DNA of 64,000 nucleotides. Source: Octopus sinensis (Eukaryota). The notes under the pieces were generated by a model. That model saw only the letters and a list, made by a program, of their open reading frames with translations. It made no database searches and was not told where the DNA came from. Positions 1-13,743 of the stretch are shown here, in pieces. Each line of letters starts with the position of its first letter. Position 1 is the stretch's first letter. The DNA lies in assembly GCF_006345805.1 (NCBI RefSeq), contig NC_042998.1, positions 17,918,001 to 17,982,000 on the forward strand, read 5' to 3'. Made by a program: the position numbers and the translations under genes.

Positions 1-23
1 CTATATCGATATATACATATATT

Positions 24-143
24 GTTCTATATTAAAGAGAAGGGAATTATGTACATTATTTACATTATTTACATTCGACGGATAGTTCTCATACCTAGGA
101 ATGAGAACCCAGGTTCGAAATTTCCCCAAGTTACCTGAAGAAG
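24..143. mobile_element. Fragment of the tRNA-head/hammerhead element family (inverted tail plus forward piece truncated at CTGAAGA by a SINE)
   Basis: 24-83 is the reverse complement of the tail at 1725-1798. 94-143 (gaatgagaacccaggttcgaaatttccccaag...cctgaagaagg) matches 37038-37078. Confidence 0.7.
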
Positions 144-144
144 G

Positions 145-199
145 TGAGTGGATTTGGTAGACGGAAACTGAAAGAAGCCCATCGTATATACGTATATGT

Positions 200-231
<32 letters not shown>

Positions 232-520
232 GTTTGTGTCTGTGTTTGTCCCCCAAACATCGTTTGACAACCGATGCTGGTGTGTTTACGTCCCCGTAAC
301 TTAGCGGTTCGACAAAAGATACCGATAGAAAAAGTACTAGGCTTACAAAGAATAAGTCCTGGAGTAGATTTACTCGTTAAAGGCGGTGCTCCAGCATGGC
401 CGCAGTCAAATGACTGAAACAAGTAAATGAGTAAAAGAGTTCAGGGGTCGATTTGTTCGACTAAAACCTTTTAAAGCGTGCCCCAGCATGGCCACAGTCA
501 AATGACTGAAACAAGTAAAT
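145..520 (+). mobile_element. tRNA-derived SINE family A, 5'-truncated, with a second 3' tail
   Basis: gtggatttggtagacggaaactgaaagaagccc-(TA/TG)n-...ccagcatggccgcagtcaaatgactgaaacaagtaaa, shared with more than 15 copies in the window. Confidence 0.9.
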
Positions 521-579
521 GATATGAATTATGTGTGAGTGTGTGTGTGTGTGTTTTCCATTTTGTACTTAAATTATTA

Positions 580-915
580 GTGAAGGCGCATGGCACAGTG
601 GTTAAAGCGTCGAGCTTACGATCGTGAGGTCATGAGTTCGAATCCTGGACCGGGCTGTGTGTTGTGTTCTTGAGCAAGACACATTATTTCACGTTGCTCC
701 AGTTCACTCAGCTGTAGAAATGAGTTGCGACGTCACAGGTGCCCAGCTGTTTCGGCCCCTTTGCCATTCCCTTGGATAACACTGATGGCGTGGAGAGGGG
801 AGGCTGGTATGCATGGACGACTGCTGGTCTTCCATAAACAACCTTGCCCGGACTTGTGCCTTGGGAGGCAGGGTTAGCTTTCTGGGTACAATCCCATGGT
901 CAGTCATGACCGAAC
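580..915 (+). mobile_element. tRNA-derived SINE family B
   Basis: A box tggcacagtgg, B box gttcgaatcc, central cttgagcaagacac...gctccagttcactcagctg. A second copy lies at 27040-27366 on the minus strand. Confidence 0.85.
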
Positions 916-952
916 TTAGATTATCGACACCGAAATGATGAACCGGAAATCA

Positions 953-1198
953 ACAGGAGTGGCTCTGTGGTAAGTAGCTTGCTTACCAACCACATAGTTC
1001 CGGGTTCAGTCCCACTGCGTGGCACCTTTCCGTCTACCAAATCCACTCACAAGGCTTTGGTCGGCCCGAGGCTATAGTAGAAGACACTTGCCCAAGATGC
1101 CACGCAGTGGGACTGAACCCGGAACCATATGGTTGGTAAACATGTGGTTGGTAAACAAGCTACTTACCACACAACCACTCAGCCACTTCTGCGCCTAT
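953..1198. mobile_element. Two SINE A 5' halves fused in opposite orientation
   Basis: 953-1028 is a plus-strand head. 1029-1198 is a minus-strand head plus core. Confidence 0.85.
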
Positions 1199-1640
1199 GT
1201 CGCAATCTTTAAAACAAATTTTTAATGTATCATATAGATGTAATTTTTGACACTGAATCCGAATTTGCTATTCATTTATTCCAGAAAAATCTGGTGAGAA
1301 TGTTAGAGGTGCTTAAATTTTGATAATTTTCAGAATTTTCCACCAATCAGAAAACAGCGCTTTCACTGCCTCTTCCATCATCTGTCAAAGTAGTGAGAAG
1401 TGTGTGTGTGTGTGTGGGGGGGGGGGTGGCATTGGCATGTCAATTCATTAAACTAGCTAGTGTAAACAGTAAAAAAACATAATTAGATTCGCGAGCAAAT
1501 TAAATATTTAAACGCTACGAGTAAACCAGCAGGAGTTGCTAGAAATAACAGTCAAAACATTGAAATATACACGAGCAAAGTAAACTGAAAAAACATTAAA
1601 GATATTCACGAGCAAATTAAATATTTAAAAGCTACTAGGA

Positions 1641-1800
1641 AACCTAGGTTCGAAATTCCCCCCAGGACACCTGCTGAAGGCTGGAGAGTACATCAGCCGA
1701 AACGTTGTGTTAACAGCAAACAAGATGAGGACAAATATCCGTCAAATGTAAATAATGTAAATAATGTAAATAATTCCTCATCTCTCAAATATAGAACTGT
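1641..1800 (+). mobile_element. 3' part of the tRNA-head/hammerhead element
   Basis: Matches 37038-37161 and ends in (aaataatgt)n-tcctcatctc. Confidence 0.8.
1666..1711 (+). ncRNA. Minimal type I hammerhead ribozyme motif (core variant CUGCUGA)
   Basis: gacac CTGCTGA a-ggctg...cagcc GAAA c GTT gtgtt. Stems I and II pair and stem III is the AACGTT palindrome. Confidence 0.65.
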
Positions 1801-2055
1801 ACAAATATTTATTAGTAAAAAAACTGAAGAGCGAAAGTTTGCAATACACTCTAGGATTTTATAAAATAAATTACCTTTCTCACAAGTCGTTCGTTAGATA
1901 AATTCACAAAGATAAGGTTCAACCATGGAACGGTGCGCCCCGCATCAGCGTTTGTTTCCAAGCTTCAAAGATGCTCAGGTGCTCGAAATTTGTTGATTAC
2001 ACTCAGTTTGGTGGTTACACTCTTTGTGCGCATGCGCAGCATCTTTTGTTACTAT

Positions 2056-2430
2056 GGGTTCAGTCCCACTGCATGGCACCTTGGGCAACTGTCTTCTATT
2101 ATAGCCTCGGACCGACCAAAGCCTTGTGAGTAGATTTGGTAGACGGAACCTGAAAGAAGCTCGTCGTATATATGTAAATATATATACGTGTGTGTGTGTG
2201 TGTGTGTGTATGTTTGTGTGTCTGTGTTTGTCCCACTAGCATCGCTTGACAACCGATGCTGGCGTGTTTACGTCCCCGTAATATAGCGGTTCGGCAAAAG
2301 AGACCGATAGAATAAGTACTTGGCTTACAAAGAATAAGTCCTGGGGTCGATTTGCTCGACAAAAGGCGGTGCTCCAGCATGGACATAGTCAAATGACTGA
2401 AACAAGTAAAAGAGTAAAAGAGTAAAAGAG
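2056..2430 (+). mobile_element. SINE family A (5'-truncated)
   Basis: Family sequence with an (agtaaaag)n tail. Confidence 0.9.
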
Positions 2431-2695
2431 GTTTGGCATCGTTCCTTTTTAAAAGTTTAACCTGAAGATGGTGGCTTATGTGTTATGATGTAATCTATGA
2501 ACACACGAATAAAATTTTATCGAAGCAACTACCGTAAATTTTAAACACCATTTGTGTTCCCTTTTTACATCTACGACTCACCTGGAATCAATTCCTGAAT
2601 CGGATATACGGTCTAAATTTGCTTTGCTTCTTACGCACCTACAGTATCTTACTAACACTTGATATTTTCATTGCTGTTTGTCTTTTTTGTGTTTA

Positions 2696-2990
2696 TTCCT
2701 TCTCAAGCCATGCCTGGCTCATAAGGGCCGGTTTCCCGGTTTCCTTAGCGTATAGATTCCTCAACTGGACGGGACGCCTGTCCGTCGCAGGTGAGCTGCA
2801 AGATGCAGGAGGAAAGAGTGAGAGAAAGTTGTGGTGAAAGAGTCAGTAGAAATTCGCCATTACCGTCTGCCGGAGCCGCGTGGAGCTTAGGTGTTTCGCT
2901 CATAAACACACATCGCCCGGTCTAAGATTCGAACCCGCGATCCCTCGACCGCTAATCATCTGCTCTAACCAGTAGGTCATGTGCCTCCAC
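2696..2990 (-). mobile_element. tRNA-derived SINE family D
   Basis: Minus strand gtggaggcacatgacctactggttagagc...ggttcgaatc. A second copy lies at 10598-10896. Confidence 0.85.
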
Positions 2991-3094
2991 ACATTGTTGT
3001 TTACCTTACTGTGAACTCATTGTGTATCTAACCATTTCTGGCATTCTATCAGTTGATGTGTCAATACGCTATAGAATCCTTATAACTAATTTAT

Positions 3095-3385
3095 ACAAAC
3101 AGAAGAATAGGGCACCGCTGAATAGAGTGGCAAGATCCCAAAATCGCCATCAAAATACGGGACTAAATTCCGCAGCAGCTTGGGTTTCAAGGGCCCACAA
3201 CTCTTCAATATACTTCGAAATATCTCCAGAGAGCTGTATGCTGTGGATGTAAGTGTCTTCAAAACCAATCTGGATCTCCTCCTGTCAAAGTTTCCGGATG
3301 AGCCTACCCCACGAAATACAGATGTGGGCAGCAGCATCAAACCTCCTCTTTCACCAAATAAGATATATTAGAGGCGGTTTCAAAT
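3095..3385 (+). pseudogene. 3' end fragment of a CR1/L2/Jockey-group LINE ORF2
   Basis: Translates to SSLGFKGPQLFNILRNISRELYAVDVSVFKTNLDLLLSKFPDEP, a typical C-terminus of these LINE ORF2s. Confidence 0.7.
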
Positions 3386-3402
3386 AATGAAAGCTAACGA
3401 TA

Positions 3403-3600
3403 TACCTACCTGCCTGCCTACCTACCTATCTACCTACCTACCAACCTACCTACCTACCTACCTACCTACCTACCACCCTACCTACCTACCAACCAACCTA
3501 CCTACATATCTACCTACCTACTTACCTACCTACCTACCAACCACGTACGTACGTACGTACGTACGTACGTACCTACCTACCTAACTACCTTCCTACCTAC
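3403..3600. repeat. (CCTA)n/(ACGT)n microsatellite, resuming at 3997-4100
   Basis: Direct reading. Confidence 0.95.
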
Positions 3601-3601
3601 C

Positions 3602-3983
3602 GTGGAAGCGAAATGGCCCAGTGGTTAGGGCAGTGCACTCGAATCGTAGGATCGCAGTTTCGATTCCCAGACCGGGCGTTGTGGGTGCTTATTGAGCGAA
3701 AACTCCTAAAGCTCCACGAGGCTCCGTCAGGAGGTGATGGTGGTGATCCCTGCTGTACTCTTGCACCACAACTTTCTCTCACTCTTTCTTCCTATTTCTG
3801 TTGTATCTGTATTTCAAAGGGCCAGCCTTGTCACACTCTGTGTCTCGCTGAATCTCCCCAAGAACTACGTTATGGGTACACGTGTCTGTGGAGTGGTCAG
3901 CCACTTGCACGTTAATTTCACGAGCAGACTGTTCCGTTGTTCGGATCAACTGGAACACTCGTCGTCGCAACCGACGGAGTACC
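3602..3983 (+). mobile_element. tRNA-derived SINE family C inserted in (CCTA)n
   Basis: A box tggcccagtgg, B box gtttcgattcc. Other copies lie at 19459-19841 and 30088-30467. Confidence 0.9.
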
Positions 3984-4148
3984 ACGACGTGGACGACCTA
4001 CCTACCTACCTACCTACCTACCTACCTACCTACCTACCTACCTACCTTCCTTCCTTCCTACCTACCTTCCTTCCTACCTACATTCCTTCCTACCTACCAA
4101 ACTGCATACATACATACATGCACACACACACACCACACACACACACAC

Positions 4149-4179
<31 letters not shown>

Positions 4180-4495
4180 CACGCACACACATATACACAT
4201 ATGTATAATTATATACACAAACATAGTTTCATGTGGTTGTACGAATGTAAAACTGCACTTACATCTATTTATCATATGACAAATAACAAAAATAACAGAA
4301 GAAGGATAAAAAAATTAATCATCGGCATAATTACAGATCCAAGTTAGTTAATGAAGTAGCAACACAAATGAAGTAAATAAGATAAATAGTGCCAAAGATG
4401 AATTTGAATTAAATGCAGCACAACTGAATTCCACACACATGATATGATGTACGATACACACACACATATATGTATATATATATATATATATATAT

Positions 4496-4534
<39 letters not shown>

Positions 4535-5475
4535 TATATATAATATATATATTATATATATATATTATATATATACTTTGATACTTTGATACTTTGATAG
4601 GTTTCGGCCATTATTGGCCCAGGCCATGTCTAACTTAATAGCACCACCTGGTATATATATATATATTTCGAAACGTTTAGTAGATGAAACCTTAGCGACT
4701 GAAGAAGGGGATTTTTCGTTGTGCTTATTGTCCTGTATCTCTCCCTTTTTTTGCTTGTCTTGTTCCTTGGTTTGTGTCTATGTGTTCGACGTCTTTTTGG
4801 TGTCCTGTACACATATATGCGTGTATATGTACATGTAGAGGTAGGTACGTACATATATGTTTATATATATGCATATGTTCTATTTTATTAACATATATAT
4901 ATATATATGTATATATATATAGATAGATAAATGTATGTATGTATATGGACATATTGCACACACACATACACAGATACATAGTTCATAAATACACACACAC
5001 GCGCACACACACACTCAAGTATATCTAATGTAATTGTATCAGAGTATATCAATAATATACTTTAGTCGAACAACATAAGACATTCTCTGAAAATTGTATA
5101 TCAACGTGCAACTGAATAAGTAATATACATACATACATACATACATACATACATACAGACACACACACACATACATACATACATACATACATACACACAT
5201 ACATACATACACACATACATACATACATACATACATACATACATACATACATACAAACACATACACTCATACATACATGCATACAAATATATATAGATAT
5301 ATATGTATATATATTTGTGCATTAAAGTGCTTGTATATAGTTATGCAGACATGTAAGTATATATATGCACACAAGCGCATATAAGTATATATATGTCAAT
5401 ATACGCATGTGTTAAAGTGCTTGTAGATATAGTTATGCAGATATGTAAGTGTATATATGCACACAAACGCATATA

Positions 5476-5529
<54 letters not shown>

Positions 5530-5561
5530 TTATATATGTGTGTGTGTGTGTGTGTGTGTGC

Positions 5562-5595
<34 letters not shown>

Positions 5596-5596
5596 G

Positions 5597-5632
<36 letters not shown>

Positions 5633-6327
5633 GTATATACATATATATATGTGGTGTGTGTGTGTGTGTATATATGCATAGATGTGTATGTATATATTAT
5701 GTATGCACATGTGATGTATGAATGTGTGGGTGTCTTCGTTTGTGTGTTACCCATTAAATGGACCACAGCAGCTTGATTTGCGGGCTGTTCTTGTTAATAA
5801 ATATCTTGCTCTACTGCCAAATCCGAATATATTCGCTCTAAGTACATCTCTGACGCATTGCTGTATTTTTCGGCCGACACATTTATCTATATTACACCCT
5901 TGTCGATCTTGATCTAAACAGATATAGTGAGTATGTGTGTATTACACCATTAAAGAATTGGTTAACACTAATAATTGTTGATGTTTTGACTTAGCTCACA
6001 CCACACGCATTCGCTATTTCATATGGTGTCTGTGAGAAGTAATGCCACTACCGATGCAAAAAGCAAAAAAGGAAGAACAAAAAAAAAAAAATAGAAAAAA
6101 AAGACCTCGGTGTGGAGTTGCATCATTTCTGACAATTTTGTAAACATACTTGTGAAGCGGTTACTCTTTTATATAAATATTGATCCAGACATTTCTACAT
6201 GTATACTGATTAAGTGATGGTAGTGATATGATATACACACATTGTGAATGAATTGGCTGCAGATAATTTGAAACGAAATTTGCACCGTTAAGTCTATAAC
6301 GGTAAACACACACAGACACACACACAC

Positions 6328-6387
<60 letters not shown>

Positions 6388-6389
<2 letters not shown>

Positions 6390-6590
6390 GACCTCGTGTG
6401 TACCGTTGGCAATTTTTTTCCCTCTGTCTTCCCTTCTCTGGATCTTTCCTTCTCCTATGTATCCGACGAAGAGTTCCGCTCGAAACGTTAAACCCTCCTT
6501 CTTTCCTTCTTTCCTGAGCGTCCAATAATACTATATTTGTTCCACGTCCTCGCGTTGTGTTTTTTTTTGTGCTTTCTTGTTTGGATTAAC
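6388..6590 (+). mobile_element. Penelope-pLTR-like fragment with a decayed minimal hammerhead (6459-6493)
   Basis: CCGACGA a-gagt-tcc-gctc GAAA c GTT aaac. The downstream cctgagcg..taatac resembles the 9760 family. Flanked by (TA)n. Confidence 0.6.
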
Positions 6591-7011
6591 TATATATATA
6601 TATATATATTATATATATATATATATATATTATACACGCACAAACACACCAGCATGCACACAAACCAATACACACACCGTACATTGATAAAGAGAAATAC
6701 TTCACAGATAGAGATTTTACATTTTTATTAACACATTGCTACATATGTTTCATCATTGCATGTAATTCATGGGAGAATTTAACCATAGCCATAGGATTTT
6801 ATTAAATATTATTTATAACATCCATGGATCCTTTGCGAGCCCGTTAATTTGGCTTATTCAAGCAGTTGTTGCATTAGCTTACGTCGGATTGCCTTGTTTA
6901 GGCTTGAGGATATTAATCATTCTACACCAGTCTAGAATATATCTATATGTATACACATATACTCGCACCAGCAAATAATGGAACAGGATTTTGTGTCAGC
7001 TGCTTGAGTGC

Positions 7012-7138
7012 ACAAGGCTTTGGTCGGCCCGTGGCTATAGTAGAAGACACTTGCCCAAGGTGTCACGTAGTGGGACTGAACCCGGAACCATATGGTTCGT
7101 AAGCAATCTACTTACGACACAGCCACTCCTACGCCTAT
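7012..7138 (-). mobile_element. SINE family A head fragment
   Basis: Reverse complement of the family head. Confidence 0.85.
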
Positions 7139-7729
7139 ATTGTATAACAGCTATCTCCAATCGTCGTTGTATTACTTTTCTGTCCAAACCACACCGTTTA
7201 GTAGGATCTCTGTTCGATGTTCTTCGCACAGTATTGTACCTCTTCGTCTCTTTCGGCTCAGAATGAAAAGATATATGAATATTTGCGTATGCGAAGTATA
7301 TCAAACACAGGAAGCGAAACATAAAGGAATAGATTTAAAAGAGGAGAGAGGTAGCAGACATGTCAGTGATTTAGAATCATTCTTTCAATTTGATTGCAAC
7401 AGGATGACAACCATTTTGAATCCCACAAATAGACCATAAAAATTGCATTCTTATGAAAATATCTTCGAACAGGAATTATTAAGATTTACGAATTTTTAGA
7501 TTGAATAAGCAGGCTGGTGTAGAATTGCGTGTTTATATACACACGCGCGCGCCCACATATACATGTATATTTATGTTTATGTATACGTATGTATGAATGC
7601 ATATGTATATATATGAGTGTATATGTATTAATACACACACACACACACACACACACACGCATATATATATATATATATATATCAATATTTGATGTCTCAT
7701 TCTCCATTATCATTATTAATATTAATATT

Positions 7730-7732
<3 letters not shown>

Positions 7733-7817
<85 letters not shown>

Positions 7818-7835
7818 TTAATAATAATAATAATA
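7733..7835. repeat. (AAT)n microsatellite
   Basis: Direct reading. Confidence 0.95.
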
Positions 7836-8848
7836 TACCGTATTCTTTATTCTACATTTTGACTCAAGAATGTATACAACACTTAAATAAAGAAAAATCC
7901 TTTTTACATAAAAATCTCTTTAGTAAAAATAGACGGTGGCCGATTTAGTTTGAATGTTAGCTATAAAATTTTATAAAGATGTAAATTTTAAATACCGTCT
8001 CTTTCTCAACATGCTAATGAAAGCAATATATCTGTGTATATATTTCCACATGTATATATATATATAGGATGAAATATATATATATTTCGCATAAATACAA
8101 CTATAATTGTGAGCCCGTAGATAAGGGATAAGAGCTAGAAACGTGTCTGGGAATCCGACAAGGGGCAACACTGGACAGGCATGGTGCTTTTACACCTTTC
8201 CAAATAAAGCAGCCCCGAAAAGGGCTTTAATACGTTCCCAGAATATATAGAACTTAGGATGAAATGCTAATAAGGTATGTATACTAAATTCGTGAAGAAT
8301 GTTACTTAATAACAGATTAATCAGATAAGAGATAATAACAATTCGAAGTAAATAACTCTGAAAAGGACTTTTGTATGTTCCCAGAGAATATTACCCTCAG
8401 GGACGCTAGTGTTGGTATATTCGTGAATAAGTCACTAACCGAAATATTATTTACTTGTTTAAGGATTGTACTGAATAAATTGCGAAAATAACTCTAACAT
8501 TTCAAATACTAATAATTAAGCATACTCAATTTGATTTGTACAAAATAATTTAGGAAAATGAATGGGTTATTTCGCTTGGCTATATATATAAGAATCCCAT
8601 CCAGAGGCGAATGGGTTATTTTCCTTGGCTTTTAAAATAAAATATATTAGATATATATAAGGATTCCTTCCAGGGGCCCTATTCACGACTTTTTCAACAA
8701 TCAATCCAAGTATGCCATGAGGTTTCCAGACATAAGCTCTACCCACGTGTTAAGTTCCATCAAAATTGATGAAACGATGTAGGAGGAGTAAGCTAACAAC
8801 TCCACAAACACACACACAGACAGAAATTCCCCCGCATATGTAGTAGAT

Positions 8849-9757
8849 TGGGTCATCCCATAAATAATGCACTTTTTCAATTGAAGGAATTAACGTCAGA
8901 AGGGGACGGGATAAACTACCTCCACCAACTTGCTATAAAAGCAGGTAGAAATTTTACCTTGTACTTATTCTTAGTGCAAGTTTTGAAGAGCGTAGTTCGA
9001 TTTTAACAGTTACTTTTCAGAGTTATAATAGAAGTGACAAAGAAGCATATTCGGCATATTTTGCTTTATGAGTTCAATAAAAGCAACAATGCAACGGAAA
9101 GTGCGCAGAATATTAATGCAATATATGGAGGTCGAACAATAAGCGTAAGTCAGTGTCAACAGTGGTTCCAGAAATTCCGAGCCGGAAACTACAGCCTAGA
9201 GGACGAATCTCGTCCTCGAAGATCTGTAGAGCTGGACGAGGATGTCCTGCAAACCCTAGTGGTACAAAATTCCATCGTAACTGTTGAGGACCTAGCAGAG
9301 AAACTTGGATTTGGTCATTCAACCATTCATCGACACCAGAACCAGAAGAAAAACGACCATCTTTGGTTTCGAGTTGAAAGGTGTTCTTCCATCAGGATAA
9401 TGCTCGGCCACATACACCGAGCATAACTTCCAAAGGCTGGAACAGTTTGAATAGGATATGGTGCCCCACCCACCATATTCGCCGGACATTGCCCCTTCTG
9501 ATTATCAGTAATTCCACAGTTTTCAAAATCATTTGGACTGAAAAATATGAATTCTGCAGATGAGGTCAGAACAATAATGGAGGAGTATTTTTCAACTGAA
9601 ATTTGAAAAAGAGCCATTGCAAGTCTACCAGATAGAATGAAGAGCATTGTAGAAAATGAAGGATAGTATATATTAGATTATAAATGAATTTTTAAATCTT
9701 AAATTTGAAAGATAAAAGAAGTATATAAAAACCCTGCATTATTTATGGGATGACCCA
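8849..9757 (+). mobile_element. Internally deleted mariner transposon
   Basis: TIRs tgggtcatcccataaataatgc / gcattatttatgggatgaccca enclose transposase remnants. Confidence 0.92.
9034..9660 (+). pseudogene. Mariner transposase pseudogene
   Basis: HTH region HIRHILLYEF...WFQKFRAGNYSLEDESRPRRS, then frameshifted FHQDNARPH and HPPYSPDIAPSDY. The WVPH linker and first catalytic D are missing. Confidence 0.9.
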
Positions 9758-9759
9758 CT

Positions 9760-9912
9760 TGTTTTTCTTCTGTGTATCTTTCTGTCGAAGAGCGTAGGCT
9801 CGAAACGTAAAAGACTTGTTCTATTTCTATTCCTGAGCGCCATACTAATACATTTGTTTGTTTGTACTCCACCTGCCTTCGTCTTTTGTTTATTTTCGTA
9901 AACCTTCCCGTT
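9760..9912 (+). mobile_element. Short Penelope-pLTR-like element with a minimal hammerhead (9777-9814, CUGUCGA core)
   Basis: tcttt CTGTCGA a-gagc-gtag-gctc GAAA c GTA aaaga. Ends in (TA)n. The same motif occurs at 29171, 29304 and 45332. Confidence 0.75.
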
Positions 9913-9921
9913 ATATATAAT

Positions 9922-9963
<42 letters not shown>

Positions 9964-10032
9964 TATGGATATACAGATTTGTGAGACCTTCTGATGAAAC
10001 GTCTTTCGTTTGTAAAATTATCTTCTAAATAT

Positions 10033-10410
10033 AGGCGCAGGAGCAGCTTGCTTACCAACCACATGGTTCCGGGTTCAGTCCCACTGCGTGGCACCTTGGG
10101 CAAGTGTTTCTACAATAGCCTCGGGCCGACCAAAGCCTTGCGAGTGGATTTGGTAGACAGAAACTGAAAGAAGCCCGTCGTATATATGTATATATATATG
10201 TGCATGTGTATGTATATGTCTGTGTTTGTCCCTCCCCAACATCGCTTGACAACCGATGCTGGTATGTTTACGTCCCCGTCACTTAGCGGTTCGGCAAAAG
10301 AGACCCGATAGAATAAGTACTAGCCTTACAAAGAATAATTCCTGGGGTCGATCTGCTCGACTAAAGGGTCCAGCATGGTCACAGTCAAATGACTGAAACA
10401 AGTAAAAGAG
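10033..10410 (+). mobile_element. SINE family A
   Basis: Family sequence with a small deletion in the head. Confidence 0.9.
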
Positions 10411-10597
10411 TATATTAAAAAAGAAGTGCAATGCGGTGAAGTGGCAGAATCGTTAGCGTATGGGACAAAAGTCTTTAATCGTATTTCTTTAGACTTATGG
10501 CATACGGAGCTGAAATACCACCGAGGTTAACATTCTTATTCATCATCTAGGAGCCAATAGAATAAGCAACAGTTGAGGCTGGCGTTATGTAATTACG

Positions 10598-10896
10598 TTT
10601 CCTTCTAGAGCCACGTCTGGCTCATAAGGGCCGATTTCCCGGTTTCCTTGGCGTATATGTTCCTCACCTTGACGGAACGCCGGTCCGTCGCAGGTGAGCT
10701 GCAAGATGCAGGAGGAAAGAGTTAGAGAATGTTGTGGAGAAAGAGTCAGCAGAAGTTCGCCATTACCTTCTGTCGGAGTCGCGTGGAGCTTAGGTGTTTT
10801 CGCTCATAAACACACACATCGTCCAGTCTGAGATTCGAACCCGCGATCCCACGACCGCGAGTCCGCTGCTCTAACCACTAGGCCATGTGCCTCTAC
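10598..10896 (-). mobile_element. SINE family D
   Basis: Matches 2696-2990. Confidence 0.85.
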
Positions 10897-10903
10897 ATTT
10901 TTA

Positions 10904-11115
10904 AGGTGGTGAGCCTGAGAAATTGTTAGCACACCGGAAAAAGAGGCTCAACAAAATTTCTTCCGTCTCTTCAACTTTCAGTTCAAATTCCTCCGTGTTC
11001 GACTTTGCCTTTCATTATTTTTAAGTTCGATAAATAATTAGCAGTCAAACACTGGGGTCGATGAAATCGGCCTTCCCACTCCCATAAATGTTGCTGGCCT
11101 TGTGCCAAAATTTGA
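10904..11115 (+). mobile_element. Degenerate SINE family F
   Basis: aaggtggtgagc...gttcaaattcc...gactttgcctttcat...actggggtcgat. Confidence 0.65.
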
Positions 11116-11832
11116 AAACAATAATAAAGAAATAGACACACTGATATATGTAGCGGGAAAACTGTTTACGTCAAATTCTACTGCTGTCTTTGAACAGCGT
11201 TACTTAATCTAGTGATTTATCGAAAACGTTTGCTTCATGAAAGTAAGTGAACTTCATGTAATAAATGCAAACCATTATACATCGTTTAGTATCTCTACAT
11301 CCTTAATATATCATCAACTGCCTATCACTATCATACTTGCCTATCCAGAGTGATGAATAGCAACCAAAATTGTTTTCGGTCCACTTTTTGGCAACACCTG
11401 CCACTGCAAGAATATGCTTTCAGATAATATGAATGAAGCGAAATTAATCATTCAATGTTGTGTCAGTACTATAGAATGTAAAGTAAAGATTGCGATACTG
11501 GTGTAACGATTAAACTCAAACACGGATGGAAGCACGCACGAAGAAAATAAGAGATAAATTGAAAGATGCACATACTAGATAGGTACAGCTAAAATTACAT
11601 TGCTACTATTCTGTTTTGCTTTACTATACTAATGCTTTACTATACAAATGTTTGTTTGTTTGTTTGTTTATTTATTTATTCATTTATTTATTTTTGCATT
11701 TCATTTACTTTATAACGAACAATTAAAAGAAATGGAAGCTAAAACATGCCGTAATAATAATAATAATGAAAAACGCTGGGTGTGTCTCCGCAAGTGATTG
11801 TAACAAACATGGAGATTAAAAGTAAAAAATAT

Positions 11833-11880
<48 letters not shown>

Positions 11881-12098
11881 AATAATAATAATAATAATAA
11901 TAATAATTATAATAATAATAAACCACAGCAATCACAGCAAACCACAGTAAATGACAGCAAACCACAGCACATACCCAAGGCACACAGAGCTGCGCTCTGT
12001 AGTGAAGTGAAAGCACGCTATAAAGACAAAACTACTGAATAATAATAATAATAATCATAATAATAATAATGATGATGATGATGATGATGATGATGAAT

Positions 12099-12336
12099 GC
12101 ACTAAAAAGGTGGCACGATAACGTGACTAAGTTCGTCCACTGGAGGCTGTGTGAAAAGTACGGCCTAGATAGAATGCGGAAATGGTTACGAACATGAACC
12201 AGAAGGAGTCACAGAGAATGAGGAATATATGATTCTGTGGGATGTTCCAATCCAATGGAATTCCCTAATCGAGGATAGGAGACCAGATATCGTGGTAGAA
12301 AAAGGTAAAAGAAAAACCAAGATTATAGATATTGCA
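12099..12336 (+). pseudogene. R4/Dong-clade LINE fragment (restriction-like endonuclease domain)
   Basis: Translates, with one frameshift, to KRWHDNVTKFVHWRLCEKYGL..W/YEHEPEGVTENEEYMILWDVPIQ...RRPDIVV...IIDIA. It lies beside (AAT)n/(GAT)n. Confidence 0.85.
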
Positions 12337-12341
12337 ATATA

Positions 12342-13040
<699 letters not shown>

Positions 13041-13159
13041 ATATATGTATACACACACATATATATATATATATGTATGTATATGTGTGTATATATATAT
13101 ATATATGTGTGTGTGTGTATATATATATATGTATGTATGTATGTATATATATATATATA

Positions 13160-13199
<40 letters not shown>

Positions 13200-13210
13200 T
13201 ATATATACAT

Positions 13211-13381
13211 AGGCGCAGAAGCGGCTGTGTGGTAAGTAGCTGCTTACCAATCACATGGTTCTGGATTCAGTCCCACTACGTGGCACCAAATGCAAGTGTC
13301 TTCTACTATAGCCTCAAGCCGACCAAAGCCTTGTGAGTGGATTTGCTAGACGGAAACTGAAAGAAACCCGTCGTATATATG

Positions 13382-13433
<52 letters not shown>

Positions 13434-13625
13434 TCGCCAACATCGCTTGACAATCGATGCTGGTGTGTTTACGTCCCCGTAACTTAGCGGTTCAGCAAAA
13501 GAGACCCGATAGAATAAGTACTAGGCTTCCAAAGAATAATTCCTGGGGTCGATCTGCTCGACTAAAGGCGGTGCTCCAGCATGGCCGCAGTCAAATGACT
13601 GAAACAAGTAAAAGAGTAAAAGAGT
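13211..13625 (+). mobile_element. SINE family A, full length
   Basis: Head, core, internal microsatellite and tail present. Confidence 0.9.
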
Positions 13626-13711
13626 ATATATACATACATATTTATGCATCTGCATCTGCATACATATATGTATATATATATATACACGCATCTATATGTA
13701 CATATTTACGC

Positions 13712-13743
<32 letters not shown>

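Noticed and set aside
2455-2546. Possible hammerhead gtttaac CTGAAGA...GTAA attttaaac
   Set aside because: GAAA is broken and stem III is unclear. It is plausible as a decayed copy but not supportable.
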